A program made the translations under genes and the position numbers. The notes under the pieces were generated by a model. It was not told the DNA's origin. It ran no database searches and saw nothing but the letters and a program-made list of their open reading frames with translations. From Dethiobacteria bacterium (GTDB lineage Bacteria > Bacillota > Dethiobacteria > DTU022 > UBA8154), in NCBI GenBank assembly GCA_050948785.1, contig JBMNEM010000006.1, positions 164,722 through 228,721 of the forward strand: 64,000 bases of DNA, written 5' to 3'. Of the stretch, positions 58,388 through 64,000 are shown piece by piece; positions within the stretch are counted from its first letter, which is position 1; each line of letters starts with the position of its first letter.

Positions 58388-58903
58388 TTACCTTTTTAAC
58401 AGCTTTTCTACAGAAATAAGAAGGTCAAACAGGAATTCCAGAAAAAGAAGCGCCCCTCCTACAGGGACAAGCAGCCTGAATGGAAGCTGGGAAATTCTCA
58501 GCACATCTGAAACAATTCTGCCTATATCCCCCGTTGCCACTACCCAACCCTGCCATACTATGATGCTCACAATATATAAACAAAGTAAATTAACGATAAT
58601 TTCCACAACGAGGGAAACACGAAGGGGGAGCCGGGAAACAAAAATGGTTACCCTTGGGTGTCCCTTTACCTGCTGCGTATAAGCCAGCCCTAAAAGTATT
58701 ACAATGACCAGCATAAAGGAAGATGTTTCCACTACACCAGGAATAGGCTTATTGAAGACCGTCCGGGTAATTACATCGGACGTCGTAAGCAGCATCATAG
58801 GAATGAGTACAAACATGCTCACTGCCGATACACAGTAAGTTAAACGCTGAACCCTCTTTTGAATGTTAGCCAACCACTCCATCTGCTTTTCTCCTTTCAC
58901 CAC
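58388..58903 (-). CDS. dctQ: TRAP transporter small permease
   Basis: 4 TM, DV..R, LAY......H. Confidence 0.88.
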   Translation of the reverse strand: MVKGEKQMEWLANIQKRVQRLTYCVSAVSMFVLIPMMLLTTSDVITRTVFNKPIPGVVETSSFMLVIVILLGLAYTQQVKGHPRVTIFVSRLPLRVSLVVEIIVNLLCLYIVSIIVWQGWVVATGDIGRIVSDVLRISQLPFRLLVPVGGALLFLEFLFDLLISVEKLLKR

Positions 58904-58996
58904 AACCAGCGTAGGGGCAATTCGTCACACAGGCGGTTTATGAATCGCCCCTACGCCCGGGGCCGGGGCATCAATCAGCAGCAGCCTCTACAAATT

Positions 58997-60121
58997 TTAT
59001 CTGTACTGTTCCACTTCCGCTTCCCACTCGGGCGGAAATGACGGAAACTCGACACCATGCTTATCCAGTACCGCCTTGTAGTTTAATAATGCCTCCTTGC
59101 CCGGAAGACCCTTTTTCTCCATATTATTGACCCATTCCTGGACAACCTTTTCACTAAAACGGGCATACCAGCGCTCCGCTTCCTCCGCAGGCAGCTCATA
59201 AAATTCCACTCCATCTGCGCTAAGATCCTCATTGCAGGCCTGGATAACCTCTTCAGTCAACCCGCCGGTAAGCTGGAAGGGGTTACGGGTCACTTCTTCC
59301 ACAACAGCCTGCAGATCGGCAGGCATTTTATTCCAAGTGTTCTTATTGATAATCACGCCTTCAGTAACACAACCAAAAGTGGCCACAACCGCATGCTTAC
59401 CCAGCTCATGAAGTTTGTAGGCCTTGTAAAGCATCGGGCAGGTTACAATTCCATCAATATTACCCGTCTCCATGGATAAATATACATCACCCAGCGGCAT
59501 GAAGGCCGGCTCTGCTCCCAAAGCCTCAATCATGTAAGTTTGCAAGCCGCCCGGGGTTCTGATCCTTAGACCTTTTAAATCCTCCAAAGTGCGTACCGGT
59601 TGCCTGGTCCAGATAAAAGACGATACACAGCCATTTAACGAGAGGACCTTCACATCATCGGAGAATTCCTCGTGCAGCATGCGCTCATACATCTCATTAC
59701 CAATCTCCACAGCAACATCCTTACCTAACACCTGGGCCGGCATGGAAAGCACATCGCTAAGCGGAAAACGGTCGGGTGTCCAGGTGGCGGTAAAATAGCC
59801 CATATCGGAGAGCCCGTCCCGCACTATGTCGTAATGTTCCGCTGCACCGCCCAGGGCCGCACCATAGTAGGGCGTGTATGTTATGCGGCCGTCACTTCTT
59901 TTTTTCAGCTCCTCCAGCATAGGCGTCCAAACATTTTGGCACTCCTGCCCGGCAGGGGGATGCCAGGTGCTAAATTTTAGCATATATGTTTCCTGCCCCG
60001 CGGATGTCTCCCCGGGCTGTGTTTCATTCGATGATGAAGGTGCACAGGCTCCCATTGTCAATACTAACATCAAAATCAAACCACTGCTGACAATTGTTTT
60101 TAGCAATCTTCTATTTTTCAC
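58997..60121 (-). CDS. dctP: TRAP substrate-binding lipoprotein
   Basis: Signal peptide with MGAC lipobox, SDGRI, DLKGLRIR, ALGA.P, DVY. Confidence 0.9.
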   Translation of the reverse strand: MKNRRLLKTIVSSGLILMLVLTMGACAPSSSNETQPGETSAGQETYMLKFSTWHPPAGQECQNVWTPMLEELKKRSDGRITYTPYYGAALGGAAEHYDIVRDGLSDMGYFTATWTPDRFPLSDVLSMPAQVLGKDVAVEIGNEMYERMLHEEFSDDVKVLSLNGCVSSFIWTRQPVRTLEDLKGLRIRTPGGLQTYMIEALGAEPAFMPLGDVYLSMETGNIDGIVTCPMLYKAYKLHELGKHAVVATFGCVTEGVIINKNTWNKMPADLQAVVEEVTRNPFQLTGGLTEEVIQACNEDLSADGVEFYELPAEEAERWYARFSEKVVQEWVNNMEKKGLPGKEALLNYKAVLDKHGVEFPSFPPEWEAEVEQYR

Positions 60122-60401
60122 AAAAACCCTCCTCTTAAAAAATAATTTCTATAATCCTTGGGAATCCTTGGATATTCTTAGGAACCGCCAACAAAATATG
60201 AGCGCTTTATTACCCCCTTCCCCTTACTACTTAATTATTTGTTTTTGATTCCACCGAGAGCTTTGATTTGTTCATCACAAAGTAAAGTGGGGATGAAATT
60301 TTGATTATAATACAAAAACATCGTTCTAATGTCAAGAATAGCTACTTTTCCTACTTTTCCTACTTTTCCTAGGAAATAAAGTTTTTACAGTGGGATCATT
60401 T

Positions 60402-61712
60402 TTAAGCCTGTTTTTTAAATAAAATAATGCGGTTGGTGTTGGTCCCGGAGCTGTTATTGTTAATCCCCCAGATATTGGAGGTCTTTGTAAACTCCTGCTG
60501 GTTGATCAGCACACCTTCGCAAGTAAACCCGGTCCCCAGGCCGAGTGGAACAACATACTCTTCCAGGTTTATCTTACCCCGGCGAATTTCACCGACTTCA
60601 AAGGCAACCCAGCCTTTCTTTTTCGTGATCCGGAATAATTCCCTGAAAACCTTGTCCATGACAGCCGTCCATTCTTCGATCTTACGGGACATCGTTATTT
60701 TTGCTTCGATTTGTTCGAGATCAAGGGCATTAAACCAGCAGCGCAGCCAGTTATCGCGGGAATACTGCACAATATCCAAAAACGGCGGAGAGGTTACCGT
60801 CAATTGCACAGAACCGGGCTGTATCTCCGGTGTAGAGCGCGCCTCTTTCTCTAAAAAGAGAGCCGTGCCTGCCGCTTTTTGCAGGCTTTGCGCCTGTTCA
60901 AAGGTTAAATTGCGCATCAAACTGCGGGATTTCTTTAAGATAATTTGTTTTGTATCACGGTAGGGAGGCTTTTGTTTTCTTTGCCTGTTTATTTTCATCT
61001 GGCGCTCCGGGGTAACCGCCTGATTGGGTGGAAGGGTATAAACGGAAAAAAAACCCGGAGAATGGCCGGTTAATCTGTTGGTCGCCACCATGCGGATCCA
61101 CCGGTCCAAATCATCTTCTTCCCCACTTTTATATCGCTGTTGAAGGTAGCTTTTGAGGGAAACAATCTCAGCTTCAGTCCGCTGATGATAAAACATGGAT
61201 AAGTCCCGTTCAGCACGAAGGCTGTAATCAACGGGAAGTTCTGCCAACCGTTTTTTTAGTGCCAAAAGAGAAGGAACAGAAAAACGCGGCTCGGCCAGAA
61301 TCCTACTCAAGGGATTTATATCATTGGAGATAACCCTCCGCCCCATCATGCCCGCTTCAAGTACCGTGGTCCCCCTGCCGCTAAAGGGATCATAGACAAG
61401 ATCATTTTTTTTGCTCAAAAGATTGATAAAAAAGCGCGGCAGTTGGGGTTTAAAGCAAGCACGGTAAGAAATCTCCTGCAGAGAGGAGGCCTGGCGCTGC
61501 TTTGCAGTCCAAAATTCATTAACGTATTTGGGAATACAATGTCCACCGGCAGTAAAATACTCAATTTGAGTTATTCTGCCCGGCACAAAATCCAGGGTTA
61601 ATTTTTCTTTCTCATTTTCCCGAAAAGAAAACCCTTTTAAATAATTGGCAACATCAAGATCCACACATACTGCCTCCCAAAATGATTTTTGCCAACAAAG
61701 CCTGGTCTCCAT
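60402..61712 (-). CDS. Orphan N4/N6 DNA-methyltransferase-like protein
   Basis: YRACFKPQLP, YDPFSGRGTT (motif I), TSPPF (motif IV). Confidence 0.82.
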   Translation of the reverse strand: METRLCWQKSFWEAVCVDLDVANYLKGFSFRENEKEKLTLDFVPGRITQIEYFTAGGHCIPKYVNEFWTAKQRQASSLQEISYRACFKPQLPRFFINLLSKKNDLVYDPFSGRGTTVLEAGMMGRRVISNDINPLSRILAEPRFSVPSLLALKKRLAELPVDYSLRAERDLSMFYHQRTEAEIVSLKSYLQQRYKSGEEDDLDRWIRMVATNRLTGHSPGFFSVYTLPPNQAVTPERQMKINRQRKQKPPYRDTKQIILKKSRSLMRNLTFEQAQSLQKAAGTALFLEKEARSTPEIQPGSVQLTVTSPPFLDIVQYSRDNWLRCWFNALDLEQIEAKITMSRKIEEWTAVMDKVFRELFRITKKKGWVAFEVGEIRRGKINLEEYVVPLGLGTGFTCEGVLINQQEFTKTSNIWGINNNSSGTNTNRIILFKKQA

Positions 61713-62128
61713 CTCTTGATCCTGTGTAAAATTTCTTGAGACTTATCCTTGGGACTTATCTAACATTATAACAAATAAATATCGATAAGCTGATCATAAT
61801 CATAAATTTACTACCCGAAAAAATATTTAATATTTTCATCTTCTGATGGTGAAGCAAAGCTCCATGGGGCTGATAGGGAATTTATCTGAAAAAACATCAA
61901 AAAAAATCAGGGGATTGTTTTCCCCTGGAAGATATATTTTGTAGGAGGTTAGGTTTTAACTGTGTTACTATTTAAATAATTCGCCATTGTTTAAAAAAGT
62001 CCTGCTAAAATTTTAAATAAAATAAAAATTTCTTCCTTTACAAATATAAAAAACATTCCAGGTATTATTTTAAAAAGTATTTTTTTGGCATAAATAAAAT
62101 TCGCTAAATGGGGTTAAAATAGACTTGT

Positions 62129-62562
62129 AAAAAGGGTCTGCAATGGCCGGGCAAAGATTGCTGTATGGTCTAAAAAAGGCCTTACAGCAGTCGACCAAAG
62201 GTTGGTATCGGGTCAAAACCGGCTCGATACCAGCCGGCGGGAAGATCATGTTATGTTCTGCCCTGGCTCCAGGATGGTCAGGGAAGATCATTCTGGGGTC
62301 AACAAGAATATAACATGGTCGAGCGCAGATCGGTATAAGTTCTCTGCAACTTCAAATTTTTACACCTGTGTTGAATACACAACTTGAGAATATAGAGGTC
62401 GGTAACGGTCGGAAGATCGTTACCGGCTTCCCAGAGGATTTATACCGGTCGAGCCAAGGTTGTGGCAGGTTCCGTAAACGATCTGTTACAGTCAAAGGAC
62501 TGTAACAGGTTGTCCAGGGATCTGCTACAGCCGGAAGCCAAGGTCATTGCAGGCTTTTTTTT
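62129..62562 (+). ncRNA. Candidate large multi-helix structured RNA of unknown class
   Basis: Nine 14-20 bp helices around a six-way junction, 2-4 G.U pairs each, no A.C pairs, ends in T-run. Confidence 0.8.
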
Positions 62563-62639
62563 AACACCGGGATCGAAAAGCTTCAGGCACGAACCGGCCC
62601 ATGAGGTTTGGGGCCTTGCTCCGTTTTCCCGTATTTGCC

Positions 62640-62849
62640 TTAATTATCCGCTTTTTTATTTCTTCTGAGCTTTTTGGCCATATGGCCGCCAATTTTACCC
62701 GTTTCCCGCGAAGTAAGATTGGCCCAGCCGCGGCGCGCGATATCATTTTCCAATCCTAACTCCCGGGCAATTTCCTCTTTTAAACCGTTTAAGCCGTTCA
62801 CTGCCGCCGGCTTCTTCTTTTGCTTCTTTTTCTTAGTCATTTTCTCCAT
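62640..62849 (-). CDS. Small acid-soluble spore protein, alpha/beta type
   Basis: LKEEIARELGL...GWANLTSRETGKIGG.M. Confidence 0.9.
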   Translation of the reverse strand: MEKMTKKKKQKKKPAAVNGLNGLKEEIARELGLENDIARRGWANLTSRETGKIGGHMAKKLRRNKKADN

Positions 62850-62917
62850 CCCTGGTCTAGAATTTATTTCTTCCTTTTTAGCTTGACCATAAACCGGGTT
62901 TGTTATGTAAGCGCCTA

Positions 62918-63964
62918 CTACCGGAGAACAATACGCCCTTTCCCGGGAATGATTTCACCGATTATGCTGGCATGGATAAGTTCTTTTTCTTTTAACAACT
63001 GCAGAGCTTCTCCCGCTTTTTCTTTTTTCACCGCCATTAAAAGACCGCCGGAGGTCTGTGGATCACAGAGAATATCCAGCATAATATCCCCCGTTTCCCC
63101 CTCATGAATAATCTTGTCGTGCAAAAAGTCCCTGTTCACTTTGGCTCCTCCGGGCACCAGTCCTTCTGACGCCAGCTCCAGGACCCCTTCAACCTTTGGT
63201 ATTGCCTCCAGGGATATGGCCGCATCAATTTCGCTATTTTCTCCAATCATCTCATAAAGATGACCTAAAAGCCCAAATCCTGTAATATCGGTACAGGTTT
63301 TCACTCCGACCTGACGGGCCACTTCCGCCGCACCGCTGTTCAGGGTTGTCATCCAATGAATTATTTCCTCCAGGGGGCGGGAAGGAGCAAGATCTCCCTT
63401 CAGGGCAGTTGTAAGGATCCCGCTGCCCAGGGGCTTGGTTAAGATAAGCAGCTCTCCCGGCTCAGCACCTCTATTGGTCCAAATCTCCTGCGGTGCAGCC
63501 ACGCCGGTAACGGCAAGGCCGTATTTGGGCTCATCATCATTTATAGTATGCCCTCCTACAAGGAAAGCGCCTGCTTCAGAAACCTTGGCCGCCCCTCCTT
63601 GCAAAATCTCCACCAGGATCTCCGTCCCCAGCTTATGGCAGGGGAAACAAACAATATTCATCGCGGTCAGCGGTTTCCCCCCCATAGCATAAACATCGCT
63701 TAAGGCATTAACCGCGGCGATCTGCCCATAAAGAAAAGGATCGTCCACTACCGGCGGGAAAAAATCCACCGTCTGGATCAGCACCAGATCTTTGTTCAAA
63801 CGGTAAACTGCCGCATCATCCGGAAATTCGGTGCCCACAAGTAAATTATCATCTTTTTGTACAGGTAAGTACGGCACAATTTTGGCCAGTTCCTCTGGCC
63901 CAATTTTTGCTGCTCACCCCGCCGAAGCAGAAAAGCTGGTCAGTTTAATTTTTTTGGCAGTCAT
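62918..63964 (-). CDS. selD: Selenide, water dikinase (selenoprotein, Sec17)
   Basis: MTAKKIKLTSFSASAG-U-AAKIG with in-frame TGA at 63914-63916; DDAAVY, QTVDFF, NALSDVYAMGG, TDITGFGL.GH, DPQTSGGLL. Confidence 0.96.
63884..63900 (-). promoter_or_regulatory. Candidate bacterial SECIS hairpin
   Basis: GGCCAG-AGGAA-CTGGCC starting 13 nt after the UGA. Confidence 0.65.
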
Positions 63965-64000
63965 AAAATCACTCCTCCAGCAGGATAGTTTCGCAATTCC

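Noticed and set aside
60342-60371. CTACTTTTC x3 tandem repeat
   Set aside because: Simple intergenic microsatellite without evident role
62193-62541. tRNA-minihelix mimicry (arms followed by ..CCA)
   Set aside because: Only 3 of 6 linkers contain CCA, spacing differs from N73-CCA, and the wobble is U3.G rather than the Ala-type G3.U
62070-62668. Short ORFs within the structured element
   Set aside because: No RBS or motifs; the pairing pattern explains the sequence better

Overview
Chromosomal segment of an anaerobic, spore-forming, selenocysteine-using Firmicute (inferred from the SASP gene, Sec-containing selD, CodY-family and sigma54 regulators and aromatic-acid CoA ligases; a syntroph-like lifestyle is plausible but unproven). 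Housekeeping genes include gatCAB, tRNA-Leu, dnaE-pfkA-pyk, trmL, gdhA, lysS-greA, tRNA-Pro, proA and selD. There are two accessory regions. (i) A tandem-duplicated [sigma54 promoter - benzoate-CoA ligase - CodY paralog] module with one intact PAS/sigma54 activator, next to tRNA-Leu. (ii) A ~9.2 kb satellite-like element integrated in tRNA-Pro(CGG), encoding an integrase, a primase-helicase, a small-terminase-like protein and a large terminase split into two genes, with no recognisable capsid or portal. The most striking observations are: a ~430-nt intergenic region (62129-62562) that folds on the + strand into a six-way junction of nine 14-20 bp helices sharing one U.G-containing end motif (candidate unannotated large ncRNA); a full-length GatA that has lost its amidase catalytic triad; and the terminase-only satellite. 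All calls come from reading the sequence by eye; no database searches or folding programs were run.
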